Below, in pieces: positions 40,716 to 50,262 of a stretch of 64,000 nucleotides of DNA (within the stretch, counting starts at the first letter, position 1; each line of letters starts with the position of its first letter). The notes under the pieces are model-generated. The model made no database searches. It was given only the letters and a program-made list of their open reading frames with translations, and was not told the DNA's origin. The DNA is from Candidatus Limnocylindrales bacterium (GTDB lineage: Bacteria > Moduliflexota > Moduliflexia > Moduliflexales > JAUQPW01), in contig DATMBG010000007.1 in NCBI GenBank assembly GCA_035559535.1, positions 1-64,000 on the forward strand, in the 5' to 3' direction. The position numbers and the translations under genes are program-made.

Positions 40716-41747
40716 ATGCAAAAGAGGCAGGTAACAAGCGCAGGGTGGTTTGTATTACTGGTGATGTTCGGGTTGGCTATGGTAGCTACCACCTTTGGTC
40801 CCGTGGCGTTTGGAGCCGAAGAAAAGGAAGCACCCATAGTCTACTCGGTTTGGCTGGTTGAAAGTAGCCGTTTCATGAAAGTACCCTTTGGGGCCTTTAT
40901 GCCTGATCGTGCCTTTGTTCCGGATAGTAAGAATCCCATGAACAGTATTAATACGGTGGATCTTCCGGTCAATGTGGGTGTTATTAAGGGAGGTAAGGAC
41001 ATAGTTCTCTATGATACGGGATGGAAACAACAGGAATATCTAAAGATGACCGGAAGTGATCATTGGGCACCGCTTCCAGAACAGTTAAAACTGCTGGGGA
41101 TTAAACCTGAGGATGTAACGAAGATCGTCATCGGCCATGGTCACTGGGATCATGCCGGTCAAATCGATGATTTCCCCAATGCTGTCCTTTATGTACAGAA
41201 AGAAGAGTTACGGGGGATCGAGTGGGCCCTTAACTATCCCGGACATCCCAAAATCAGGGCAGTGAATACCGATCCCGGTGGATGTATGCGTACACCCGCC
41301 TGCGGTTATCCTCCGCTAACCCTGGATCAGATTTATGGTAAGGTCTTAAAAGGGAAAGCAGTCATTGTGGATGGGATGATGGAGATTGCCCCCGGTCTGA
41401 TTATTCATCCGGCCCATCGTGCCCATACGGCAGGTTCTCAACTCCTGCAAGTGAATACGGCCAGAGGACAGCTCATGTTTGGTAGTGATGCTTACTCCTC
41501 CTGGGAGGGTATCCGCGACTGGATGATTGCCAACCCTCAACAGACCGATACCGTTCAACAGTTTCTGGCCTATGAGAAATGTTACAAGATCACCGGCGGT
41601 TATGATAACTGTGTAGCGGCCCACGAACCCCTCTCTTATACTGATAAATACCCGCTTACCAAGGATTCATGGGTCGGTCCTAATGGTTCTCGTATGGCCG
41701 AAATCACCCTGGCTCCTGGAGAACCATCCCGTAAACCCAAGAAGTAA
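40716..41747 (+). CDS. Exported MBL-fold hydrolase, N-acyl-homoserine lactonase-like
   Basis: Signal peptide, LYDTGW, GHGHWDHAG, AHTAGSQ, GSDA, AAHE. AGGAGG RBS. Confidence 0.85.
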   Translation: MQKRQVTSAGWFVLLVMFGLAMVATTFGPVAFGAEEKEAPIVYSVWLVESSRFMKVPFGAFMPDRAFVPDSKNPMNSINTVDLPVNVGVIKGGKDIVLYDTGWKQQEYLKMTGSDHWAPLPEQLKLLGIKPEDVTKIVIGHGHWDHAGQIDDFPNAVLYVQKEELRGIEWALNYPGHPKIRAVNTDPGGCMRTPACGYPPLTLDQIYGKVLKGKAVIVDGMMEIAPGLIIHPAHRAHTAGSQLLQVNTARGQLMFGSDAYSSWEGIRDWMIANPQQTDTVQQFLAYEKCYKITGGYDNCVAAHEPLSYTDKYPLTKDSWVGPNGSRMAEITLAPGEPSRKPKK

Positions 41748-41771
41748 AGCCAGCAGGGATGATCAAATATT

Positions 41772-41810
41772 GCGAGGAGTCCGGCAAAACCGGACTCCTC
41801 GTGTTTTTTT
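41772..41810 (+). terminator. Rho-independent terminator
   Basis: cgaggagtccgg-caaaa-ccggactcctcg followed by a T run. Confidence 0.85.
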
Positions 41811-41836
41811 ACCTTCTCTAAGTTCCCTATTTAGGA

Positions 41837-43159
41837 GTGATGGTTATCTTATACCGACTTGCTTTTCATAAAGTAAGATATCATTGCAAGGAGCTAAGTG
41901 ACGAAGCAATCTGTATGTTCAGAGATTGCTTCGCTGCAGGGATAAGGACGCTTTATTCATTCAATTACAAACTAATATTGCCTTTCATCTCTTTGCTGAT
42001 GGGTATACTGGGATTTTCTGAAGCGGATGCCCATGATCCAAGTGCCTATGGGGGTCTATTTCGATCCCGGGATAACGGGGCGACCTGGTTCCCTGCAAAT
42101 ACAGGACTTTTTCTAACCGACGCCCTCGGCGTGGCTATCAGCCCAACCGATGCAAATCATCTCTTGCTTGCAACAAGCACTCAATTATTACGCTCACGCA
42201 ATGGAGGACGTGATTGGGTTCAAGAAGCCCCGACGGTATTGTTCGGAGGTGTTTATGCCATAGCCTTTGATTCTGATGGGCAACGCGCCTTTGCTTCAAC
42301 CAATTTGGGAATTTATGTAACCGAAGATGGTAATCAATGGCATAAAACCTCGACTCCAAAGGGTGCCATACCGGCTTATGCTATCACACCAGGATCTGTT
42401 ACCGGGAGAATTTACGTAGCAGGACCCGGTGGATTATGGCGAAGCGAGGACCGGGGTCGATCTTGGTTAGATGCAGGTAAGGGCCTTCCTCAAGGACCGG
42501 TAACCGGCCTCCTCATCCATCGAACAAACCCCGAATCAGGGGTTAAGAATTCTGAAGAAACCGTTTATGTCATCGCAGGAGGGCGAATCTGGATGAGCCC
42601 AGATGGGAGGTATAACTGGCAACCTCGGGATACCGGACTCCCTGTGGGTCGTGTACAGGCTTTCTCACAGGATCCTGCAGAATCCGATCAATTATGGGCT
42701 GCGGCAGCCGATCAGGTATTCACAAGTGAGGATCTGGGTGAGAATTGGCGGCCCATTGGACGGCCACTGCCAGAAGCCAATACTTCCATCCATGGGATTG
42801 CCGTTGCTGAAGGTGGAACCATTATTGTGCTGACAACCCATCGGGGTCTGTTCCGAAGTACCGACGGCGGAAATAACTGGAATCTCATGGAAGGTAATCT
42901 CCCCATCCATCTCGAAGCAGGACCCCTGGTACGAGACCCAAACCATTCTGCAACCCTTTATGCCGGATATGCCCTGACTCCCTACAGTGAATTAAGAAGA
43001 ACGGCCATGGAAGGAGGATCATTACTCAGTCGTGCCGATCCTGTGAGTTTGATGGGTGGTGCTGCCTTCTTGATTCTTCTGACGATCCTTGGAATTATCT
43101 TGGTCCGCTGGCTTGCACGTTCTCGAAGTGCGGTCAACACGACCCTATCTCGATCCTAA
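41837..43159 (+). CDS. BNR/Asp-box beta-propeller protein with C-terminal membrane anchor
   Basis: Repeated S.D.G..W boxes (SRDNGATW, SRNGGRDW, SEDRGRSW, SEDLGENW, STDGGNNW) and a C-terminal TM plus basic tail. Start uncertain. Confidence 0.85.
   Translation: MMVILYRLAFHKVRYHCKELSDEAICMFRDCFAAGIRTLYSFNYKLILPFISLLMGILGFSEADAHDPSAYGGLFRSRDNGATWFPANTGLFLTDALGVAISPTDANHLLLATSTQLLRSRNGGRDWVQEAPTVLFGGVYAIAFDSDGQRAFASTNLGIYVTEDGNQWHKTSTPKGAIPAYAITPGSVTGRIYVAGPGGLWRSEDRGRSWLDAGKGLPQGPVTGLLIHRTNPESGVKNSEETVYVIAGGRIWMSPDGRYNWQPRDTGLPVGRVQAFSQDPAESDQLWAAAADQVFTSEDLGENWRPIGRPLPEANTSIHGIAVAEGGTIIVLTTHRGLFRSTDGGNNWNLMEGNLPIHLEAGPLVRDPNHSATLYAGYALTPYSELRRTAMEGGSLLSRADPVSLMGGAAFLILLTILGIILVRWLARSRSAVNTTLSRS
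41880..41937. repeat. Palindromic element of the TCATTGCGAGG..GAAGCAATC..GATTGCTTCG type
   Basis: tcattgcaaggagctaagtgaCGAAGCAATCtgtatgttcagaGATTGCTTCG. Confidence 0.65.
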
Positions 43160-43176
43160 ATCAAGGAGACTTTATC

Positions 43177-44199
43177 ATGAATGAGCGGGTTTCCCTACCT
43201 TATCAATTTGTACGCCGCGCCCGATCTCTGCTAACCTGGGCTATTGCGGCTTCCATTGCGCTCTTACTGGGAGCGGGAATCCTCATCTGGCGTCTTGGGT
43301 TATTCTCTAACCCCGGATTCATCGAATACCCCATGTTACGCTCGACAGATATTCCGACGGCTATCGCCGTAGCCCCCAATGGTGCTGTATGGTTTACCAT
43401 TGAGTTCTCAGATGCCATTGGACTCTTTCGTAATGGAAAAATCGAGCGACTTCCCAAGGGTTCCCAGAACTTAGTCCCCGTAGGATTAGGTGTTGCTGCC
43501 GATGGTTCGGCATGGTTTACCGATGTTCCGGCGCGAGCCATTTCAAATATCTCCCAGTCGGGCAAACTCACCTCTTTTTCCCTCTCAACGCCCATCGCCA
43601 GATTAGGTAAACTCGCTGTTGCTCCTGATGGAGCTGTCTGGTTTGCCGAGCCAACTTCTTATAGTATCACACGGCTTAAGGATGGCCAGTTCACACGATA
43701 CCAGCTTGAGTCTGCTCGAGGAGACCCCTATGGGGTTGCAGTGGATGCACAGGGCACTGTGTGGGCTACTCTCCAAAGTGCCAACAAGTTGGTAAGGATC
43801 TCGCCAGATGGTAAAATGACCGAAATCGAAGTCCCCACCCGAGGTAGTACTCCGACCGAAATTGCGGTAGACGCAACGGGAGTCGTCTGGTTCACGGAGT
43901 TCCGTACAAGTAAAATCGGACGCTACGCCAACGGCCAGTTCACCGAGTTTCAGGCTCCTGGTAACGAGAGGTCCGCAATTACCGGCCTGGCCATAGCACC
44001 CGACGGATCCGTCTGGTTCGGTATGCTGCGTAGACATAGCCTGGTTCGCTTACACAATGGAGTTCTCAAGGAATTCCGTCTTCCTCGCCGGGATGCTCGC
44101 CCTTACAACCTCGCCGTCGATGCCGCCGGTAATGTATGGTATACCGATATCAGTGGATGGCTCGGGATGCTTCCTGCCGATCAAGCCAGAGTCGACTAA
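43177..44199 (+). CDS. Vgb (virginiamycin B lyase)-like beta-propeller, N-terminally anchored
   Basis: About seven P..(I/L)AV..DG.VWF repeats and an N-terminal TM. Confidence 0.8.
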   Translation: MNERVSLPYQFVRRARSLLTWAIAASIALLLGAGILIWRLGLFSNPGFIEYPMLRSTDIPTAIAVAPNGAVWFTIEFSDAIGLFRNGKIERLPKGSQNLVPVGLGVAADGSAWFTDVPARAISNISQSGKLTSFSLSTPIARLGKLAVAPDGAVWFAEPTSYSITRLKDGQFTRYQLESARGDPYGVAVDAQGTVWATLQSANKLVRISPDGKMTEIEVPTRGSTPTEIAVDATGVVWFTEFRTSKIGRYANGQFTEFQAPGNERSAITGLAIAPDGSVWFGMLRRHSLVRLHNGVLKEFRLPRRDARPYNLAVDAAGNVWYTDISGWLGMLPADQARVD

Positions 44200-44215
44200 G
44201 TTATTGATCTAACCC

Positions 44216-44551
44216 ATGAGACTTCAAAATCATCTCCCTAAAACGATTTTGATCTTGGGAATGTTAGTTTTTGGATTAAGTTGTGGTGTACCAGTCCGCA
44301 CACCCCAGCAGATTAATGAAGACAGGATAATCACAAAGAAAGTTTTAGAAAAACTAGAAGAGGTCCCGCTCCGGGCGCCTCCTCAGGATTATTTAACGGC
44401 AACAACCCAACGGGGTATTGTCCACGTAGAAGGTGTAGTCCAAGATCTATACACCAAAGCTAAAGTGATCGAACTTATAAAAACTGTGGAAGGGGTCAAA
44501 GGGGTTACGGAAAATATTCGGATTGAAGAGGGACCCCAGGGAGGGAGATGA
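44216..44551 (+). CDS. BON-domain lipoprotein
   Basis: Lipobox-like GLSC, D..IT.KV...L, G.V.VEG.V, VEGVKGV.ENI. Confidence 0.75.
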   Translation: MRLQNHLPKTILILGMLVFGLSCGVPVRTPQQINEDRIITKKVLEKLEEVPLRAPPQDYLTATTQRGIVHVEGVVQDLYTKAKVIELIKTVEGVKGVTENIRIEEGPQGGR

Positions 44552-44838
44552 AGGATCCCATAAAGTAGAAAGATGTTGTAGAAGGTATAGGGAGGACGAC
44601 GACCCTGATGGGATCGCCCTTAAACAGGGCCGTAAGGGTAGCCAGGGGGGGGTAGGGGCAGTCACAAGGATGGTCCTTACTAATACTAAATTTCGATGTT
44701 AAAGGGTTATAAGAATGCCACCCCCCCTGATGCTGTGCCCTTTCGGTAGATGGGTCCTGAATTTATCCAATATCAAAGGAGAACCATTCATGTGAGAATT
44801 CCGTTAAGAAGGGATATTCCTCTTACTACATCAACTTA

Positions 44839-45852
44839 CTACATCAACCCGCTTACGGTACTCCAGGCTTTAGCGGTCAGGACAATCCCTACAACCACAA
44901 TGAGCAGCGCTGTAGCCATCTGAACCCTCACCACCCAAGGTCCACTGAGCCAGTTTAATACGGTCTCCCCTACCTTGGCTGCCAGTACCCCTACAACGAC
45001 CAGGGTCGTCGCGAATCCCAGACTAAAGACAAGAACGGTACCTAAACCGAGGATTACTTTGCCACTGGCCAGGGCCGAAAGCAGAATTGCCAGGGCCGCA
45101 GGGTCCGGCAATAGCCCACCTGCGATGCTCAATCCGAGAAGAACCATCAAGCTGGGTCGATTTTGAGTAATAACGTCGAGTCGATGGGTATGGCGAATAC
45201 CCCAACCATGACTATGAAAACTTACCTCCTCCCCAGGTTCATAGGGGTAATCTGTTCTGAGTTCGTGTCCATGTCCGTGATGATGAACCGATGAAGAATC
45301 CTGATTAGGGGCATGATCAGGATGTTGCTCCTGGGTAGGTAGAGAGAGATGGGGAATCGAATGTTCATGCTCATGGGGATCATGGTCACCAGAGTGGTCA
45401 TGATCATGGTCGTGCTGATGCATATGAGCAGGGATATGGGAAGCATGGGGCTCATGGTTATGGTTATGATTGGGATCATGAATGTGATCACCTGAAGGGC
45501 CATGATCGTGATCATGGGAGGAGCCGGATAAAGACAGGGACCACAAGTTACGCTGGGCCAGTAACATCCAGAACCCCATAACAATTACCAGAATCCCGGT
45601 AAATAAAGCAAGGTAAGCTTCTACACGCTGGGGTATGAGCCCGGGTAGACCCAGTGAGGCCAGAACGGCCACCAGTACAATACCACTGGTATGGGATAGC
45701 GTAACAAAGATACCGAGAATGAAGGCATCCACGGGACGACCCCTTGCACCTACAATGTAGGCTGCGGAAATGGTTTTTCCATGGCCCGGGGTTGCCGCAT
45801 GTACGGCTCCCAGCCAGAAACTGGACACTAAGTAAAGTAGCGCTTGACTCAT
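44839..45852 (-). CDS. RcnA/NicO-type nickel/cobalt transporter with long His-rich loop
   Basis: GAVHAATPGHGKT, VTLSHT, GGLLPDPAAL, FSLGFA, with a central loop of about 30 His. Probable start ATG 45852. Confidence 0.88.
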   Translation of the reverse strand: MSQALLYLVSSFWLGAVHAATPGHGKTISAAYIVGARGRPVDAFILGIFVTLSHTSGIVLVAVLASLGLPGLIPQRVEAYLALFTGILVIVMGFWMLLAQRNLWSLSLSGSSHDHDHGPSGDHIHDPNHNHNHEPHASHIPAHMHQHDHDHDHSGDHDPHEHEHSIPHLSLPTQEQHPDHAPNQDSSSVHHHGHGHELRTDYPYEPGEEVSFHSHGWGIRHTHRLDVITQNRPSLMVLLGLSIAGGLLPDPAALAILLSALASGKVILGLGTVLVFSLGFATTLVVVGVLAAKVGETVLNWLSGPWVVRVQMATALLIVVVGIVLTAKAWSTVSGLM

Positions 45853-45867
45853 CTTTCCAAACCTCAA

Positions 45868-46482
45868 CTATTTGATTCTCTCAATAATTAACCTCTTAAG
45901 TACTACATCTTCTACTGGTTTATCTCCGGGTCCTTTTTTTACATTTCCAATCTCGTTAACTACCTCTTGCCCTTTAATGACCTGACCAAAAATGGTATGC
46001 CGACCGTTGAGCCAAGGGGTTTCCTTATGGGTAATAAAAAATTGGGATCCATTGGTGTTAGGCCCGGCATTGGCCATGGCCAATCTACCCGGCCTATCAA
46101 AGGCCAGCTCTTTAACGATTTCATCTTTAAATCGATAACCAGGTCCCCCTCTACCGGTTCCTGTGGGGTCTCCTCCCTGAATCATAAAGTCAGGAATAAC
46201 CCGATGAAAGATAGTTCCATCATAAAACGGTCGTTTGACCTTTTCACCTGTTTTAAGGTCTACCCATTCTTTGGTTCCCTCCGCTAAGCCAATAAAATTA
46301 GCAACCGTTTCAGGAGCTTCCTTTTCAAAAAGCTGACAAATGATCGTCCCATGATTCGTCATAAAAACCGCATAAGTTCCAGGTTTTAAACCTTCTAAGC
46401 TATAATCTTGACCTTGTATATTCACTACAGTACCTCCCCATAAAGTTAGAGTCATACAAACAATCAACCAAAAATTTTGCAT
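45868..46482 (-). CDS. Cyclophilin-type peptidyl-prolyl isomerase (exported)
   Basis: [51 protein letters not shown]. Confidence 0.96.
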   Translation of the reverse strand: MQNFWLIVCMTLTLWGGTVVNIQGQDYSLEGLKPGTYAVFMTNHGTIICQLFEKEAPETVANFIGLAEGTKEWVDLKTGEKVKRPFYDGTIFHRVIPDFMIQGGDPTGTGRGGPGYRFKDEIVKELAFDRPGRLAMANAGPNTNGSQFFITHKETPWLNGRHTIFGQVIKGQEVVNEIGNVKKGPGDKPVEDVVLKRLIIERIK

Positions 46483-46577
46483 TTTACGGAAAATAAAATG
46501 AACAATTAAAATCGTTGTTACTTATCCACCTCCGCTATGAATGATCAACGACTTTAATCGTCATTATCGGTGGTATC

Positions 46578-47012
46578 TTAGACAATCAACACCGGACAAG
46601 GTGCCTGGCGGGTTACCTTCTCCACAGTGCTGCCTAAAAAACGATGCTCTGGTTTTTCAATGCTATGGGCCCCAAGAACAATAAGATCTACGGCCTTTTC
46701 ACGGGCTATCCGAATAATTTCCCCAGAAGGGCTTCCGGTAACAATTACGGCCTCATAGTTACTAAAATTTTTAAGCTTTTCTCTACAAAGCTTTTCGAGT
46801 TGGGCTTTTCCTTCTTCTTCCAATTCCTTCTGAAGTTGGGCCAGGGGAGTTTTAGTAACATAAAACCCTGTGTACCCCTTCAGGTCGTGAACAACATGAA
46901 GGATATAAAGCTTAGCAGGGAATTTCTCGGCAAAAACAAGGGCATAATCCAGGGCCTGCTCGGAGTTTTTAGAAAAATCTGTTGCCAATAAAATTTTTTC
47001 AATCGATTTCAT
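46578..47012 (-). CDS. Universal stress protein
   Basis: KILLATDFS, DLIVLGAH, FLGSTVEKVTRQAPCPVLIV. Confidence 0.95.
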   Translation of the reverse strand: MKSIEKILLATDFSKNSEQALDYALVFAEKFPAKLYILHVVHDLKGYTGFYVTKTPLAQLQKELEEEGKAQLEKLCREKLKNFSNYEAVIVTGSPSGEIIRIAREKAVDLIVLGAHSIEKPEHRFLGSTVEKVTRQAPCPVLIV

Positions 47013-47020
47013 ACTTTTGT

Positions 47021-47072
47021 AAAACGGAAAACGGAAAACGTAATGGGGGCACGTTCTACGCCTTACGTTTTA
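47021..47072. repeat. Heptamer inverted element (AAAACGG / CGTTTTA)
   Basis: aaaacggaaaacggaaaacgtaa...cgttctacgccttacgttttac between the PQQ gene stop and the usp start. Confidence 0.65.
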
Positions 47073-48884
47073 CTTTTCTGAGAGGGCAAAAACTAAAATA
47101 TCATCTCCTAAGGGATATCCAAAAATAGAGTTTCCTCCTGCCGCAACTGCGATATACTGAGTTCCATCCACTTCATAAGAGATGGGCGGTGCATTTACGC
47201 CGGCACCGGCTTGAAATCGCCAAAGGATCTCTCCGGTTTTGGCATCAAAAGCATCAAAGTAGCCGTTCCCCTCACCGGTAAATACTAGACCCCCTGCGGT
47301 AGCCAGAGCACCCCCTATCATGGGCAGTTCCATCTTTTTTTGCCATAGAATCTTTCCGGTAGAAGTATCAATGGCTGTGAAAGTCCCCCAGGTTTCTTCC
47401 TGGGTAGACTTGATAAAGGTATAACTTTGCCAGGGTTTATCGGGTTCTGGAGTCAAAGTCCGGGAAACATATAAGGCAGGTCGGTGGAGACCTGAAATAT
47501 AAACAGCGCCTGTTTGGGGGCTATAAGCTACGGGAGACCAGTTGGACCCCCCTCCTCCGGCCGGGGCAATACGGACTCCTTCTGGGGTAGGTCTGGCAAA
47601 CAGATTTTCTTGAGGTACAAAGGGCTCTGATCGGAGGAGAAGCTTTCCGGTTTGTCGATCATGGACATAGAACCAGCCTGTTTTGCTGGCCTGCCCGACG
47701 GCTTTGATTTTTTGTCCGTTGATTATTACGTCAAACAATACCGGAGGACTGGCTACATCGTAAGCCCAGCGATCATGGGGGACTTGTTGATAGTACCATT
47801 TGAGTTGCCCGGTCTCTGCATCCAAAGCCACGAGACTTACGGTATAGAGATTATCTCCCGGGCGGGTGGAGTCGTCCATTTGAGGGGATGGGTTTCCGGT
47901 TCCAAAATAAATTAAGTTTAACTCCGGGTCTGGAACGGGCGTCATCCACAGGGAACCACCTCCCAATTTCCAGGTATTTGGATACTTTTTAAAGGCCTCT
48001 TTTTCCGCTTCGATATTCCGATGGAGGTCTTCCCCATCGGGAGTATGGGTACGCCATTCCCCTTCCCAGCCTTTCTCAGGAACGGTATACCATCTCCAGA
48101 TCTCTTTTCCGGTTTGAGCATCATAAGCTACTAGAAAACCCCGTAATCCTTTACCCCCACCGGAGAGGCCTACTACCGACAGAACCTGCTTCCCACCTTC
48201 CTTAAATTCCAGGTGAAGACCATACCCGGCTCCTGTGGTTCCGACAATAACTTTCCCTTTATAAACGAGGGGAGCCATGTTGGCACTATACCCTGAAGCC
48301 CCGGTAACGGTCCCCCCTTGCAATTCTTTGACACCTGTCAGGGGCTCCATCGACTCGACCTTCCCGGCTTCTGGATCTTCGGCAATCTCTACATCCCATA
48401 TCAACCTGCCGGTTTTTTGATCCAAAGCAACCAGTCGGGCATCCAGGGTTGCCATGTAGACTTTTCCATACGCTACCGCAGCACCTCGATTAGCCGGCCC
48501 ACAGCAAAACTTCTCGGTTCGAAGCTTGTGCTCATAACGCCAGAGTTGTTTGCCGGTCCTGGCATCCAAAGCCACCACATGATTGTAAGGAGTCGTCACA
48601 TACATAATTCCATCTACAACCAGAGGATTCGTCTGAAAAGAGCCTATTTTTCCCGTTTGATAAATCCATTTGAGGACTAAATTCTGAACATTATCTGTCC
48701 GGATCTGATCCAGAGGACTATACCGCTGATTGGTATAATCGTGACCATACAGAAGCCAGTTCGCTTTGTCCTGTTGCGCATTAAGTAGATGGGCATCGGT
48801 TACTTCTTCGGCCTTCAAACCTTTGGACAGAAATAAACTTATCCCTATAATCAGGATCATGATTCCATAGCTCCATCTCTGCAT
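47070..48884 (-). CDS. PQQ-dependent alcohol/methanol dehydrogenase-family protein, atypical active site
   Basis: Signal peptide, NWLLYG.DY.NQRYSPL.QI, vicinal CC (FCCGPANRG), GTGNPSP, GDNLYT, ATAGGLVF.G, G.QYIAVAAGG. No fused cytochrome c domain. Confidence 0.92.
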   Translation of the reverse strand: MQRWSYGIMILIIGISLFLSKGLKAEEVTDAHLLNAQQDKANWLLYGHDYTNQRYSPLDQIRTDNVQNLVLKWIYQTGKIGSFQTNPLVVDGIMYVTTPYNHVVALDARTGKQLWRYEHKLRTEKFCCGPANRGAAVAYGKVYMATLDARLVALDQKTGRLIWDVEIAEDPEAGKVESMEPLTGVKELQGGTVTGASGYSANMAPLVYKGKVIVGTTGAGYGLHLEFKEGGKQVLSVVGLSGGGKGLRGFLVAYDAQTGKEIWRWYTVPEKGWEGEWRTHTPDGEDLHRNIEAEKEAFKKYPNTWKLGGGSLWMTPVPDPELNLIYFGTGNPSPQMDDSTRPGDNLYTVSLVALDAETGQLKWYYQQVPHDRWAYDVASPPVLFDVIINGQKIKAVGQASKTGWFYVHDRQTGKLLLRSEPFVPQENLFARPTPEGVRIAPAGGGGSNWSPVAYSPQTGAVYISGLHRPALYVSRTLTPEPDKPWQSYTFIKSTQEETWGTFTAIDTSTGKILWQKKMELPMIGGALATAGGLVFTGEGNGYFDAFDAKTGEILWRFQAGAGVNAPPISYEVDGTQYIAVAAGGNSIFGYPLGDDILVFALSEK

Positions 48885-49057
48885 CCTTAACCTCCTATTC
48901 TTTGGAATTCTAAATTCCCCGTAGACTTTGAAAAACGTTTCCTGGATTCCCCTTCCCTCTTCCTGGAGGAGAGAGTTAGAGTATCATCTTTAGCCCTCCT
49001 TACAATCCCATAGCCACATTTTCCACCTCCTCGTGGTGAGGAATCCCAATATTTCCC

Positions 49058-49951
49058 TTATCCTTTCTTCAATCGGGTTCCTGCAAGTTTTTCCACGACC
49101 GTAAGCACGCCAGAAAAATCTTTTTCTCCTAATCCTGCAACTTTGGCGACCCCAAAGAGTTCTCTTACTAAGGTCGTAACCGGTAGTGCAAGCCCCAACT
49201 CACCGGCAGCAGTCGAAATGAGCCAGAGATCCTTATACATATGCTTGAGGGGAAAATGGGTATCGAAGTTTCTTGCCAGTAAGGAAGGTCCCTTTGCCTC
49301 CATTGTCAAGGTTCGATCTCCACCCTGGAGGATAACTTTGATCAATTCTTGAAGATTTAGTCCGGCTTTTTGGCCAAACAACAGGGCTTCGGAAACAGCC
49401 TGCATAACGACCCCACTGATCAAGTTATTACAGAGCTTTGTGTAAAGTCCCATGCCCTGAGGACCCATGTAAAAAACCTGTCGCCCCAACACCTGGAAAA
49501 TTCCATGGCACCGCTCATAAACAACCTTCTCCCCCCCTACTACAATAGTTAAAGTTGCGTTTACGGCCGCCCGCCGGCTTCCCAGGACCGGAGCATCTAG
49601 CATCTCACACCCGTAAGTTTTTATCACCTGTGCAAGCTGCCTGACTGCAGAAGGTAGAATTGTACTCATGACGATGATAACAGAACCGGATTGAACTCCA
49701 GCCAACAGGCCGTCTTTCCCCATCAGGATTTCTTCTACTTCAGGGGTGTCTGAAACCATGAGGATGGTAACCTGAGAGCGACTTCCAACCTCCCTGGGAG
49801 ATTCGGCTACAACGGCTCCCAATTCTTTAAGTTCAGCAGTTTTGAAGGCGGACCGATTAAAAACCGTTAAAGTATATCCGGCTTTAAGGAGATTTTTAGC
49901 CATGGGTTTTCCCATGGTTCCAAGGCCTATAAAGCCGATTTTTTCTTTCAT
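49058..49951 (-). CDS. NAD(P)-dependent beta-hydroxyacid dehydrogenase (3-hydroxyisobutyrate/tartronate semialdehyde reductase family)
   Basis: IGFIGLGTMG.PMA.NL, LDAPVLG, KLCNN, F.LKHM.KDL. Confidence 0.92.
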   Translation of the reverse strand: MKEKIGFIGLGTMGKPMAKNLLKAGYTLTVFNRSAFKTAELKELGAVVAESPREVGSRSQVTILMVSDTPEVEEILMGKDGLLAGVQSGSVIIVMSTILPSAVRQLAQVIKTYGCEMLDAPVLGSRRAAVNATLTIVVGGEKVVYERCHGIFQVLGRQVFYMGPQGMGLYTKLCNNLISGVVMQAVSEALLFGQKAGLNLQELIKVILQGGDRTLTMEAKGPSLLARNFDTHFPLKHMYKDLWLISTAAGELGLALPVTTLVRELFGVAKVAGLGEKDFSGVLTVVEKLAGTRLKKG

Positions 49952-50065
49952 ACTTATCCGGTATTCTCCCTCCGGGACAACCAACAGCAGGTTATGATAA
50001 GTAAGAAAATTAACATAGGGGCCTGGATAAGTCAATAAAACTTTTTGAAAGAAAATTTTAAAAAA

Positions 50066-50091
50066 AAAGACCCATTTTAAAATGGGTCTTT
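50066..50091. terminator. Hairpin, possible bidirectional terminator
   Basis: aaagacccatttt/aaaatgggtcttt flanked by an A run. Confidence 0.45.
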
Positions 50092-50111
50092 CGAGAAAAT
50101 AAGGTTTTTAA

Positions 50112-50262
50112 GTCAGCGGCGATAGCAACTTTCGGGAACGAAATTGAACCGGTTCGCTATCCCTGGCTAAAAGTCGGAGATGTCATTCGAATGGAAGCCG
50201 AAGGAATTGGTGTTCTAGAAAACCGAATGGAGGTTATTGAAATGCCTGATCCGAGAATTTAA
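50112..50262 (+). pseudogene. 3' remnant of a fumarylacetoacetate hydrolase family gene
   Basis: Translates as ...YPWLKVGDVIRMEAEGIGVLENRMEVIEMPDPRI-stop, the typical FAH C-terminus, with no 5' part. Confidence 0.65.

Noticed and set aside
47070..48884. Calling the PQQ protein xoxF, mxaF or exaA
   Set aside because: The catalytic Asp and metal Glu motifs are not canonical, and there are no mxaI/J/G or xoxJ/G neighbours.
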